Shown here in pieces: positions 13,141 to 27,059 of a DNA stretch of 64,000 nt. The stretch is from Eledone cirrhosa (taxonomy: Eukaryota). The stretch lies in contig OZ024746.1 of NCBI GenBank assembly GCA_964016885.1, positions 7,874,001 to 7,938,000 on the forward strand, given 5' to 3'. A program made the translations under genes and the position numbers. Under the pieces are notes generated by a model that was not told where the DNA came from, did no database searches, and saw only the letters and a list, made by a program, of their open reading frames with translations. The stretch's first letter is position 1; the number at the start of each line of letters is the position of its first letter.

Positions 13141-16100
13141 ATGGCTTGACTGTAGTAAAGACCAATCCTAAGATGGCTTGACTGTAGTAAAGACTTATCC
13201 TAAGATGGCTTCACTGTAGTAAAGACCAATCCTAAGATGGCTTCACTGTAGTAAAGACCAATCCTAAGATGGCTTCACTGTAGTAAAGACCAATCCTAAG
13301 ATGGCATGACTGTAGTAAAGACCAATCCTAAGATGGCTTGACTGTAGTAAAGACCAATCCTAAGATGGCATGACTGTAGTAAAGACCAATCCTAAGATGG
13401 CTTCACTGTAGTAAAGACCAATCCTAAGATGGCTTCACTGTAGTAAAGACCAATCCTAAGATGGCTTCACTGTAGTAAAGACCAATCCTAAGACGGCTTC
13501 ACTGTAGTAAAGACCAATCCTAAGATGGCTTCACTGTAGTAAAGACCAATCCTAAGATGGCTTCACTGTAGTAAAGACCAATCCTAAGACGGCTTCACTG
13601 TAGTAAAGACCAATCCTAAGATGGCTTCACTGTAGTAAAGACCAATCCTAAGACGGCTTCACTGTAGTAAAGACCAATCCTAAGATGGCTTCACTGTAGT
13701 AAAGACCAATCCTAAGATGGCATGACTGTAGTAAAGACCAATCCTAAGATGGCTTCACTGTAGTAAAGACCAATCCTAAGATGGCTTCACTGTAGTAAAG
13801 ACCAATCCTAAGATGGCTTCACTGTAGTAAAGACCAATCCTAAGACGGCTTCACTGTAGTAAAGACCAATCCTAAGATGGCTTCACTGTAGTAAAGACCA
13901 ATCCTAAGATGGCTTCACTGTAGTAAAGACCAATCCTAAGACGGCTTCACTGTAGTAAAGACCAATCCTAAGGCGGCTTCACTGTAGTAAAGACCAATCC
14001 TAAGATGGCTTCACTGTAGTAAAGACCAATCCTAAGATGGCATGACTGTAGTAAAGACCAATCCTAAGATGGCTTCACTGTAGTAAAGACCAATCCTAAG
14101 ATGGCTTCACTGTAGTAAAGACCAATCCTAAGATAACTTGACTGTAGTAAAGACCAATCCTAAGATGGCTTCACTGTAGTAAAGACCAATCCTAAGATAA
14201 CTTGACTGTAGTAAAGACCAATCCTAAGATGGCTTCACTGTAGTAAAGACCAATCCTAAGATAACTTGACTGTAGTAAAGACCAATCCTAAGATGGCTTC
14301 ACTGTAGTAAAGACCAATCCTAAGATAACTTGACTGTAGTAAAGACCAATCCTAAGATGGCTTCACTGTAGTAAAGACCAATCCTAAGATGGCTTGACTG
14401 TAGTAAAGACCAATCCTAAGATGGCTTCACTGTAGTAAAGACCAATCCTAAGATGGCTTCACTGTAGTAAAGACCAATCCTAAGATGGCTTCACTGTAGT
14501 AAAGACCAATCCTAAGATGGCTTCACTGTAGTAAAGACCAATCCTAAGACGGCTTCACTGTAGTAAAGACCAATCCTAAGATGGCTTCACTGTAGTAAAG
14601 ACCAATCCTAAGATGGCTTCACTGTAGTAAAGACCAATCCTAAGATGGCTTCACTGTAGTAAAGACCAATCCTAAGACGGCTTCACTGTAGTAAAGACCA
14701 ATCCTAAGATGGCTTCACTGTAGTAAAGACCAATCCTAAGATGGCTTCACTGTAGTAAAGACCAATCCTAAGACGGCTTCACTGTAGTAAAGACCAATCC
14801 TAAGACGGCTTCACTGTAGTAAAGACCAATCCTAAGATGGCTTCACTGTAGTAAAGACCAATCCTAAGGTGGCTTCACTGTAGTAAAGACCAATCCTAAG
14901 ATGGCTTCACTGTAGTAAAGACCAATCCTAAGATGGCTTCACTGTAGTAAAGACCAATCCTAAGACGGCTTCACTGTAGTAAAGACCAATCCTAAGATGG
15001 CTTCACTGTAGTAAAGACCAATCCTAAGGTGGCTTCACTGTAGTAAAGACCAATCCTAAGATAACTTGACTGTAGTAAAGACCAATCCTAAGACGGCTTC
15101 ACTGTAGTAAAGACCAATCCTAAGATGGCTTCACTGTAGTAAAGACCAATCCTAAGATGGCTTCACTGTAGTAAAGACCAATCCTAAGACGGCTTCACTG
15201 TAGTAAAGACCAATCCTAAGATGGCTTCACTGTAGTAAAGACCAATCCTAAGGTGGCTTCACTGTAGTAAAGACCAATCCTAAGATAACTTGACTGTAGT
15301 AAAGACCAATCCTAAGACGGCTTCACTGTAGTAAAGACCAATCCTAAGATGGCTTGACTGTAGTAAAGACCAATCCTAAGGTGGCTTCACTGTAGTAAAG
15401 ACCAATCCTAAGATGGCTTCACTGTAGTAAAGACCAATCCTAAGACGGCTTCACTGTAGTAAAGACCAATCCTAAGATGGCTTCACTGTAGTAAAGACCA
15501 ATCCTAAGATGGCTTCACTGTAGTAAAGACCAATCCTAAGATGGCTTCACTGTAGTAAAGACCAATCCTAAGACGGCTTCACTGTAGTAAAGACCAATCC
15601 TAAGATGGCTTCACTGTAGTAAAGACCAATCCTAAGATGGCTTCACTGTAGTAAAGACCAATCCTAAGATGGCTTCACTGTAGTAAAGACCAATCCTAAG
15701 ATGGCTTCACTGTAGTAAAGACCAATCCTAAGACGGCTTCACTGTAGTAAAGACCAATCCTAAGATGGCTTCACTGTAGTAAAGACCAATCCTAAGGTGG
15801 CTTCACTGTAGTAAAGACCAATCCTAAGATAACTTGACTGTAGTAAAGACCAATCCTAAGACGGCTTCACTGTAGTAAAGACCAATCCTAAGATGGCTTC
15901 ACTGTAGTAAAGACCAATCCTAAGACGGCTTCACTGTAGTAAAGACCAATCCTAAGATGGCTTCACTGTAGTAAAGACCAATCCTAAGATGGCTTCACTG
16001 TAGTAAAGACCAATCCTAAGATGGCTTCACTGTAGTAAAGACCAATCCTAAGATGGCTTCACTGTAGTAAAGACCAATCCTAAGACGGCTTCACTGTAGT

Positions 16101-19100
16101 AAAGACCAATCCTAAGATGGCTTCACTGTAGTAAAGACCAATCCTAAGGTGGCTTCACTGTAGTAAAGACCAATCCTAAGATAACTTGACTGTAGTAAAG
16201 ACCAATCCTAAGACGGCTTCACTGTAGTAAAGACCAATCCTAAGATGGCTTCACTGTAGTAAAGACCAATCCTAAGACGGCTTCACTGTAGTAAAGACCA
16301 ATCCTAAGATGGCTTGACTGTAGTAAAGACCAATCCTAAGGTGGCTTCACTGTAGTAAAGACCAATCCTAAGATGGCTTCACTGTAGTAAAGACCAATCC
16401 TAAGATGGCTTGACTGTAGTAAAGACCAATCCTAAGATGGCTTCACTGTAGTAAAGACCAATCCTAAGATGGCTTCACTGTAGTAAAGACCAATCCTAAG
16501 ATGGCTTCACTGTAGTAAAGACCAATCCTAAGATGGCTTCACTGTAGTAAAGACCAATCCTAAGACGGCTTCACTGTAGTAAAGACCAATCCTAAGACGG
16601 CTTCACTGTAGTAAAGACCAATCCTAAGATGGCTTCACTGTAGTAAAGACCAATCCTAAGGTGGCTTCACTGTAGTAAAGACCAATCCTAAGATGGCTTC
16701 ACTGTAGTAAAGACCAATCCTAAGATGGCTTCACTGTAGTAAAGACCAATCCTAAGACGGCTTCACTGTAGTAAAGACCAATCCTAAGATGGCTTCACTG
16801 TAGTAAAGACCAATCCTAAGATGGCTTCACTGTAGTAAAGACCAATCCTAAGATGGCTTCACTGTAGTAAAGACCAATCCTAAGACGGCTTCACTGTAGT
16901 AAAGACCAATCCTAAGATGGCTTCACTGTAGTAAAGACCAATCCTAAGATGGCTTGACTGTAGTAAAGACCAATCCTAAGATGGCTTCACTGTAGTAAAG
17001 ACCAATCCTAAGATGGCTTCACTGTAGTAAAGACCAATCCTAAGATGGCTTCACTGTAGTAAAGACCAATCCTAAGATGGCTTCACTGTAGTAAAGACCA
17101 ATCCTAAGATGGCTTCACTGTAGTAAAGACCAATCCTAAGATGGCTTCACTGTAGTAAAGACCAATCCTAAGATGGCTTCACTGTAGTAAAGACCAATCC
17201 TAAGACGGCTTCACTGTAGTAAAGACCAATCCTAAGACGGCTTCACTGTAGTAAAGACCAATCCTAAGATGGCTTCACTGTAGTAAAGACCAATCCTAAG
17301 ATGGCTTGACTGTAGTAAAGACCAATCCTAAGATGGCTTCACTGTAGTAAAGACCAATCCTAAGATGGCTTCACTGTAGTAAAGACCAATCCTAAGACGG
17401 CTTCACTGTAGTAAAGACCAATCCTAAGATGGCTTCACTGTAGTAAAGACCAATCCTAAGACGGCTTCACTGTAGTAAAGACCAATCCTAAGACGGCTTC
17501 ACTGTAGTAAAGACCAATCCTAAGATGGCTTCACTGTAGTAAAGACCAATCCTAAGATGGCTTCACTGTAGTAAAGACCAATCCTAAGATGGCTTCACTG
17601 TAGTAAAGACCAATCCTAAGATGGCTTCACTGTAGTAAAGACCAATCCTAAGACGGCTTCACTGTAGTAAAGACCAATCCTAAGATGGCTTCACTGTAGT
17701 AAAGACCAATCCTAAGACGGCTTCACTGTAGTAAAGACCAATCCTAAGACGGCTTCACTGTAGTAAAGACCAATCCTAAGATGGCTTCACTGTAGTAAAG
17801 ACCAATCCTAAGATGGCTTGACTGTAGTAAAGACCAATCCTAAGATGGCTTCACTGTAGTAAAGACCAATCCTAAGATGGCTTCACTGTAGTAAAGACCA
17901 ATCCTAAGACGGCTTCACTGTAGTAAAGACCAATCCTAAGATGGCTTCACTGTAGTAAAGACCAATCCTAAGATGGCTTCACTGTAGTAAAGACCAATCC
18001 TAAGACGGCTTCACTGTAGTAAAGACCAATCCTAAGACGGCTTCACTGTAGTAAAGACCAATCCTAAGACGGCTTCACTGTAGTAAAGACCAATCCTAAG
18101 ACGGCTTCACTGTAGTAAAGACCAATCCTAAGACGGCTTCACTGTAGTAAAGACCAATCCTAAGATGGCTTCACTGTAGTAAAGACCAATCCTAAGATGG
18201 CTTGACTGTAGTAAAGACCAATCCTAAGATGGCTTGACTGTAGTAAAGACCAATCCTAAGATGGCTTCACTGTAGTAAAGACCAATCCTAAGATGGCTTC
18301 ACTGTAGTAAAGACCAATCCTAAGATGGCTTCACTGTAGTAAAGACCAATCCTAAGATGGCTTCACTGTAGTAAAGACCAATCCTAAGATGGCTTCACTG
18401 TAGTAAAGACCAATCCTAAGATGGCTTCACTGTAGTAAAGACCAATCCTAAGATGGCTTCACTGTAGTAAAGACCAATCCTAAGATGGTTTCACTGTAGT
18501 AAAGACCAATCCTAAGACGGCTTCACTGTAGTAAAGACCAATCCTAAGACGGCTTCACTGTAGTAAAGACCAATCCTAAGACGGCTTCACTGTAGTAAAG
18601 ACCAATCCTAAGATGGCTTGACTGTAGTAAAGACCAATCCTAAGATGGCTTCACTGTAGTAAAGACCAATCCTAAGATGGCTTCACTGTAGTAAAGACCA
18701 ATCCTAAGACGGCTTCACTGTAGTAAAGACCAATCCTAAGATGGCTTCACTGTAGTAAAGACCAATCCTAAGACGGCTTCACTGTAGTAAAGACCAATCC
18801 TAAGATGGCTTCACTGTAGTAAAGACCAATCCTAAGACGGCTTCACTGTAGTAAAGACCAATCCTAAGATGGCTTGACTGTAGTAAAGACCAATCCTAAG
18901 GTGGCTTCACTGTAGTAAAGACCAATCCTAAGACGGCTTCACTGTAGTAAAGACCAATCCTAAGATGGCTTGACTGTAGTAAAGACCAATCCTAAGGTGG
19001 CTTCACTGTAGTAAAGACCAATCCTAAGATGGCTTCACTGTAGTAAAGACCAATCCTAAGACGGCTTCACTGTAGTAAAGACCAATCCTAAGATGGCTTC

Positions 19101-22100
19101 ACTGTAGTAAAGACCAATCCTAAGATGGCTTCACTGTAGTAAAGACCAATCCTAAGGTGGCTTCACTGTAGTAAAGACCAATCCTAAGACGGCTTCACTG
19201 TAGTAAAGACCAATCCTAAGATGGCTTGACTGTAGTAAAGACTAATCCTAAGGTGGCTTCACTGTAGTAAAGACCAATCCTAAGACGGCTTCACTGTAGT
19301 AAAGACCAATCCTAAGATGGCTTCACTGTAGTAAAGACCAATCCTAAGGTGGCTTCACTGTAGTAAAGACCAATCCTAAGACGGCTTCACTGTAGTAAAG
19401 ACCAATCCTAAGATGGCTTGACTGTAGTAAAGACCAATCCTAAGGTGGCTTCACTGTAGTAAAGACCAATCCTAAGACGGCTTCACTGTAGTAAAGACCA
19501 ATCCTAAGACGGCTTCACTGTAGTAAAGACCAATCCTAAGATGGCTTGACTGTAGTAAAGACCAATCCTAAGACGGCTTCACTGTAGTAAAGACCAATCC
19601 TAAGACGGCTTCACTGTAGTAAAGACCAATCCTAAGATGGCTTGACTGTAGTAAAGACCAATCCTAAGGTGGCTTCACTGTAGTAAAGACCAATCCTAAG
19701 ACGGCTTCACTGTAGTAAAGACCAATCCTAAGATGGCTTCACTGTAGTAAAGACCAATCCTAAGATGGCTTGACTGTAGTAAAGACCAATCCTAAGATGG
19801 CTTCACTGTAGTAAAGACCAATCCTAAGATGGCTTCACTGTAGTAAAGACCAATCCTAAGATGGCTTCACTGTAGTAAAGACCAATCCTAAGATGGCTTG
19901 ACTGTAGTAAAGACCAATCCTAAGATGGCTTCACTGTAGTAAAGACCAATCCTAAGATGGCTTCACTGTAGTAAAGACCAATCCTAAGATGGCTTCACTG
20001 TAGTAAAGACCAATCCTAAGATGGCTTCACTGTAGTAAAGACCAATCCTAAGACGGCTTCACTGTAGTAAAGACCAATCCTAAGATGGCTTCACTGTAGT
20101 AAAGACCAATCCTAAGATGGCTTCACTGTAGTAAAGACCAATCCTAAGATGGCTTCACTGTAGTAAAGACTAATCCTAAGACGGCTTCACTGTAGTAAAG
20201 ACCAATCCTAAGATGGCTTCACTGTAGTAAAGACCAATCCTAAGGTGGCTTCACTGTAGTAAAGACCAATCCTAAGATGGCTTGACTGTAGTAAAGACCA
20301 ATCCTAAGACGGCTTCACTGTAGTAAAGACCAATCCTAAGGTGGCTTGATTGTAGTAAAGACTAATCCTAAGATGGCTTCACTGTAGTAAAGACCAATCC
20401 TAAGGTGGCTTCACTGTAGTAAAGACCAATCCTAAGGTGGCTTGATTGTAGTAAAGACTAATCCTAAGATGGCTTCACTGTAGTAAAGACCAATCCTAAG
20501 ACGGCTTCACTGTAGTAAAGACCAATCCTAAGATGGCTTCACTGTAGTAAAGACCAATCCTAAGATGGCTTCACTGTAGTAAAGACCAATCCTAAGATGG
20601 CTTCACTGTAGTAAAGACCAATCCTAAGATGGCTTCACTGTAGTAAAGACCAATCCTAAGACGGCTTCACTGTAGTAAAGACCAATCCTAAGATGGCTTC
20701 ACTGTAGTAAAGACCAATCCTAAGGTGGCTTGATTGTAGTAAAGACTAATCCTAAGATGGCTTCACTGTAGTAAAGACCAATCCTAAGACGGCTTCACTG
20801 TAGTAAAGACCAATCCTAAGATGGCTTCACTGTAGTAAAGACCAATCCTAAGATGGCTTCACTGTAGTAAAGACCAATCCTAAGATGGCTTCACTGTAGT
20901 AAAGACCAATCCTAAGATGGCTTCACTGTAGTAAAGACCAATCCTAAGACGGCTTCACTGTAGTAAAGACCAATCCTAAGATGGCTTCACTGTAGTAAAG
21001 ACCAATCCTAAGGTGGCTTGATTGTAGTAAAGACTAATCCTAAGATGGCTTCACTGTAGTAAAGACCAATCCTAAGACGGCTTCACTGTAGTAAAGACCA
21101 ATCCTAAGATGGCTTCACTGTAGTAAAGACCAATCCTAAGATGGCTTCACTGTAGTAAAGACCAATCCTAAGACGGCTTCACTGTAGTAAAGACCAATCC
21201 TAAGGTGGCTTGATTGTAGTAAAGACTAATCCTAAGATGGCTTCACTGTAGTAAAGACCAATCCTAAGATGGCTTGACTGTAGTAAAGACCAATCCTAAG
21301 ATGGCTTCACTGTAGTAAAGACCAATCCTAAGACGGCTTCACTGTAGTAAAGACCAATCCTAAGGTGGCTTGATTGTAGTAAAGACTAATCCTAAGACGG
21401 CTTCACTGTAGTAAAGACCAATCCTAAGACGGCTTCACTGTAGTAAAGACCAATCCTAAGATGGCTTCACTGTAGTAAAGACCAATCCTAAGATGGCTTC
21501 ACTGTAGTAAAGACCAATCCTAAGGTGGCTTGATTGTAGTAAAGACCAATCCTAAGACGGCTTCACTGTAGTAAAGACCAATCCTAAGATGGCTTCACTG
21601 TAGTAAAGACCAATCCTAAGACGGCTTCACTGTAGTAAAGACCAATCCTAAGATGGCTTCACTGTAGTAAAGACCAATCCTAAGATGGCTTCACTGTAGT
21701 AAAGACCAATCCTAAGACGGCTTCACTGTAGTAAAGACCAATCCTAAGATGGCTTCACTGTAGTAAAGACCAATCCTAAGATGGCTTCACTGTAGTAAAG
21801 ACCAATCCTAAGATGGCTTGACTGTAGTAAAGACCAATCCTAAGATGGCTTCACTGTAGTAAAGACCAATCCTAAGATGGCTTGACTGTAGTAAAGACCA
21901 ATCCTAAGATGGCTTCACTGTAGTAAAGACCAATCCTAAGATGGCTTCACTGTAGTAAAGACCAATCCTAAGATGGCTTCACTGTAGTAAAGACCAATCC
22001 TAAGATGGCTTCACTGTAGTAAAGACCAATCCTAAGATGGCTTCACTGTAGTAAAGACCAATCCTAAGATGGCTTCACTGTAGTAAAGACCAATCCTAAG

Positions 22101-23892
22101 ATGGCTTCACTGTAGTAAAGACCAATCCTAAGGTGGCTTCACTGTAGTAAAGACCAATCCTAAGATGGCTTCACTGTAGTAAAGACCAATCCTAAGATGG
22201 CTTCACTGTAGTAAAGACCAATCCTAAGATGGCTTCACTGTAGTAAAGACCAATCCTAAGGTGGCTTCACTGTAGTAAAGACCAATCCTAAGATGGCTTG
22301 ACTGTAGTAAAGACCAATCCTAAGACGGCTTCACTGTAGTAAAGACCAATCCTAAGATGGCTTCACTGTAGTAAAGACCAATCCTAAGATGGCTTCACTG
22401 TAGTAAAGACCAATCCTAAGACGGCTTCACTGTAGTAAAGACCAATCCTAAGGTGGCTTCACTGTAGTAAAGACCAATCCTAAGATGGCTTCACTGTAGT
22501 AAAGACCAATCCTAAGATGGCTTCACTGTAGTAAAGACCAATCCTAAGATGGCTTCACTGTAGTAAAGACCAATTCTAAGACGGCTTCACTGTAGTAAAG
22601 ACCAATCCTAAGGTGGCTTCACTGTAGTAAAGACCAATCCTAAGATGGCTTCACTGTAGTAAAGACCAATCCTAAGGTGGCTTCACTGTAGTAAAGACCA
22701 ATCCTAAGATGGCTTCACTGTAGTAAAGACCAATCCTAAGGTGGCTTGACTGTAGTAAAGACCAATCCTAAGATGGCTTCACTGTAGTAAAGACCAATCC
22801 TAAGATGGCTTCACTGTAGTAAAGACCAATCCTAAGATGGCTTCACTGTAGTAAAGACCAATCCTAAGGTGGCTTCACTGTAGTAAAGACCAATCCTAAG
22901 ATGGCTTCACTGTAGTAAAGACCAATCCTAAGATGGCTTCACTGTAGTAAAGACCAATCCTAAGATGGCTTCACTGTAGTAAAGACCAATCCTAAGACGG
23001 CTTCACTGTAGTAAAGACCAATCCTAAGATGGCTTCACTGTAGTAAAGACCAATCCTAAGATGGCTTCACTGTAGTAAAGACCAATCCTAAGATGGCTTC
23101 ACTGTAGTAAAGACCAATCCTAAGGTGGCTTCACTGTAGTAAAGACCAATCCTAAGATGGCTTCACTGTAGTAAAGACCAATCCTAAGATGGCTTGACTG
23201 TAGTAAAGACCAATCCTAAGGTGGCTTCACTGTAGTAAAGACCAATCCTAAGACGGCTTCACTGTAGTAAAGACCAATCCTAAGATGGCTTCACTGTAGT
23301 AAAGACCAATCCTAAGATGGCTTGACTGTAGTAAAGACCAATCCTAAGGTGGCTTCACTGTAGTAAAGACCAATCCTAAGGTGGCTTCACTGTAGTAAAG
23401 ACCAATCCTAAGATGGCTTCACTGTAGTAAAGACCAATCCTAAGATGGCTTGACTGTAGTAAAGACCAATCCTAAGGTGGCTTCACTGTAGTAAAGACCA
23501 ATCCTAAGACGGCTTCACTGTAGTAAAGACCAATCCTAAGATGGCTTCACTGTAGTAAAGACCAATCCTAAGATGGCTTGACTGTAGTAAAGACCAATCC
23601 TAAGGTGGCTTCACTGTAGTAAAGACCAATCCTAAGACGGCTTCACTGTAGTAAAGACCAATCCTAAGATGGCTTCACTGTAGTAAAGACCAATCCTAAG
23701 ATGGCTTCACTGTAGTAAAGACCAATCCTAAGACGGCTTCACTGTAGTAAAGACCAATCCTAAGATGGCTTCACTGTAGTAAAGACCAATCCTAAGGTGG
23801 CTTCACTGTAGTAAAGACCAATCCTAAGATGGCTTCACTGTAGTAAAGACCAATCCTAAGATGGCTTCACTGTAGTAAAGACCAATCCTAAG
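13141..23892. repeat. 32-bp satellite (ATGGCTTCACTGTAGTAAAGACCAATCCTAAG) x336
   Basis: 10752 bp = 336 x 32; unit phase is conserved every 480 bp along the whole array. Confidence 0.98.
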
Positions 23893-24341
23893 TTCATTTC
23901 ACCACTAGATGGTTTTGGATTTGATCTGACAACGTGATACCTTGGGCAAATGACCTCTATCATAGACTTTGATTTAGGACTGGGTTAAGTTCTTTTGAGG
24001 CGCTATGCACATAAAGGGTTATGGTGCTACCCACTCCCCACCCCCATATATAAAGTCTGCAAAAAAAAATAGGGGAAGGGAATGAATGAGAAATACATTT
24101 AATTTAAATAAAATGTTGCCTCTCTTTCCTTGATACCTTAAGTATGTGATTATTTGGTTTAAGATTGTGGCATTTGTTCAGTTCACGGAGCCCTGTGTTC
24201 AAATTCCAGTTAAGGATGCACCCCCCTCTTCTACTCCTAATGTCTAGAACTAATCCCCAGTCTACATACAGGACAACTATTGATTATGAAAACTTTAAAA
24301 GGTGGAAGAAAGAGAGAAATGACCTTCTAAAGCAAACCAAA

Positions 24342-24367
24342 GATGGTGATGGTGGTGATGATGGTGG

Positions 24368-24399
<32 letters not shown>

Positions 24400-24412
24400 G
24401 TGGTGGTGGTGT
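24342..24412. repeat. (GAT/GGT)n microsatellite
   Basis: Directly visible. Confidence 0.9.
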
Positions 24413-25163
24413 GATAGTAACCCTGCCCCTCACAGAGTGTGTTGTGGCCTGGTTTTGTAAGTAAGAAATCAATATCAACAGTTGTCATTTCAACTGATCA
24501 ATAAGAGTGTAAGGGGATTTAAATCAATTGATGGTGTAGAGATTGTTTCAGTGAAGGCTTACCTTTACTTACCTGTTGCTGGTGAGGGTAGGATGAGGGA
24601 AAGTTACCTGCTGTTGTAGAGGTGAGGGTAGGAAGGGAATCAGCGTTAGTCGTGGGAATATAAGCAGTTGTTATCGGGGTTGATAGAATCACAAGGAGAT
24701 ACTATTGTCATTGAATGTCTCCTGGAAAATAAAGCAAGGATTTGTGGTCAATATTGTGGGGTGTGTGTGATGAGGTGGTGGTCGTGGGGTGGTGGTAGTA
24801 GTAGTAGTGTTGGGGGTGGTGGTAGTGGTAGTAGTAGTAGTAGTAGTAGTAATGTTTAGCCCCAAGCTCAGTTCTGAATTAAGCACACCTATACCAGGTA
24901 TATCTATGGTCAAAGGTATTTCAGCCATAGCAATCTCATTTCTTTTCTTGTTCTTCAGTCATAACATCTTAGCCTAACAACATCCCTAGTGTTGGTGATC
25001 TACATGATAAATTCACCCAGTACACTCTGTAAAGTAGTTGGTGAGAGAAAAGGCATCCAACAATAAAAAAGCTTTCCAAACAAATGCTTGGAAAGACTGT
25101 TCAGTGATGTCAGTAATATGATAATCTCTCTAGTGCTGGTGTCATGATAAAATGTACTCGGTA

Positions 25164-25698
25164 CAGCATCTCTAGAATGGTTATGGCTCTCTCTGATTCA
25201 TGATTCCAAAAATGAGGATATAACCGGAAAAACGATCACATGAATTATTCAAACGATTATCAAAGTTGTCAATACACTTAACTTACTAACGACTGATAAA
25301 ATGACAAGTCAGTCAATCATATTGGTGGCCTCCCCACAGCCCCGGCGGACAGAATAGAGAAGGCGTTTTCCTGGAGGACAGCAAGGGAGATGTGCTGGAA
25401 AAGCCATTCCAACTCGCGGGGCTCACACCTGTGGCTGGCCAGCTCAGCACCTATGGTGGTGAGTAGGGTGGTAGCCCTAGGGCTGAGGACACCAGAAGTC
25501 TCCACTGCTAAGGGTACGACCGCAAACCTGTCGGAGAGCGACCGGTATTTGAAGAATTTGACCTCCTCAGCTCGACGTGCCCAGATGGCATGATCATCTT
25601 CCCATTCCGTGGTGGGAAACCCCTCATCTGGGATGCCACTTACACCAACACTTTCTGCAGCCACAACATGGTGCAGTCTGCGACTAACCCAGGTTCTG
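25164..25698 (-). mobile_element. 5'-truncated, 5'-inverted CRE-like (RLE-type) non-LTR retrotransposon
   Basis: Minus strand 25580-25317 reads ARRAEEVKFFKYRSL..VVPLAVETSG..LFQHISLAVLQENAFSIL. Plus strand 25581-25698 reads PDGMIIFPFRGGKPLIWDATYTNTF..SATNPGS. Together they rebuild a CRE-type PD-(D/E)xK C-terminus. Candidate TSD ATGTACT(C/T)GGTA at 25152-25163 and 25699-25710. Confidence 0.75.
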
Positions 25699-25821
25699 AT
25701 GTACTTGGTAGTGTGTGGGATTATATATAAGCAAGATGGAAGCCTCTAGCCCATCTCAGAGGTCAGTAGCTGACAGGGTCTGTGAAGGTTAATCCAACAT
25801 TTGTTAGCAGGGAAGACATTA

Positions 25822-25960
25822 AATGATGATGATGTCGATGATGATGGTGATGATGATGATAAAGATGATGATTATCATCAGGATGATGATGATGACGATG
25901 ATGATAAAGTTGATGATTATCATGAGGATGATGATGATGATTATCATGATGATGATGATG
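25822..25960. repeat. (GAT)n tail/microsatellite
   Basis: Directly visible; preceded by an RTE-like tail remnant. Confidence 0.85.
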
Positions 25961-26378
25961 GCAGTATATTTCATTACAAACATTACTTAACTAAATGATT
26001 ATAAAAAAAAGACTAGTTTATAAAGCAATCCAGATGTCTTTCTGAATGCCACAAGATAATGACTGCTATTTATAATAAAACCTATAGTAGTTTACAAAAT
26101 AACTTATATGATGTCTTACTCAATGGCCCCAGATAATGGCTGCTATATCTATAAAAACAAACAAAAATCACCCCCCAAACAGTTAAAAACAAGAGTAGTT
26201 TACAAAATAACCTTTAAAAAAAAAGTCTTTCTCGAAAGCATTAATTGATGAGTGTTATTTCAGTAAACCAGAGTAGCTTATAAGATAACCCAAATGTCTT
26301 TCCACAATGGTTGCTGTTTCTACAACAATGAAATAGTTTATAAAGACATTTAGGTGATATCTTTCTCAATGTTCCTGA

Positions 26379-26995
26379 TAGTTTCTAATTTAGGCAGGGG
26401 TCAACAATTTATGGGAAAGGGAAAGTCATTAAATTGACCCCAGTGCATGACTGGTACATTATTTTATCAACCCCATAAGGATGAAAGGCAAAGCTAACCT
26501 TAGAGCTAGGGATTTGAACTCAGAATGTAAAGTGACGTAACTCTATGCCACAAATCATGTTGTCCAACGTGCTACCAATACTCTAAGACCAACAATTGTG
26601 GGGAGAGGAAAGTCAACAGCATTGACTCCAGTTCATGACTGGTACTTTATTTTGGGAGGATGAAAGGCAAAGTTGATTTCAGCAGGATTTGAACTCAGAA
26701 CTTAAAGTGCTAGAACAAATACTGCTGAGCATTTCTACGATGCTCTGACTTTGCCAACACCCCCACCCTAGATAATGGTTTCTGATGCAGGCACACGGCC
26801 AACAAGTTTTGGGGAAGGAAAGTCAATTAAATTGGCTCCATTGTATTACTGATACTTTATTTTATCAACCCTGTAAGGATGAAAGGCAAAGCTAACCTTG
26901 GCGGGATTTGAACTCGGAGCATAAAAAATCGTAGCTCTATGCCACAAATCATGTTGTCTGACGCTCTACCGATGCTGCCAATTCACTGCCCTAAA
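26379..26995 (-). mobile_element. Three head-to-tail tRNA-derived SINE copies
   Basis: Three repeats of ...CTGGTAC-TTATTT...GGATGAAAGGCAAAG...GGATTTGAACTC (B-box GAGTTCAAATCC on the minus strand) at about 26379-26583, 26584-26765 and 26773-26995. Confidence 0.85.
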
Positions 26996-27059
26996 TAATA
27001 GTTATTCTTACCAAAAAATCTCGATAATTTCTAAAGAACCTAGTCTATGTTTTTCTTGG

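Noticed and set aside
13141-23892. CRISPR array (32-bp repeats)
   Set aside because: Repeats are contiguous with no unique spacers, there are no cas genes, and the context is eukaryotic. The same applies to the 30-, 45- and 47-bp arrays.
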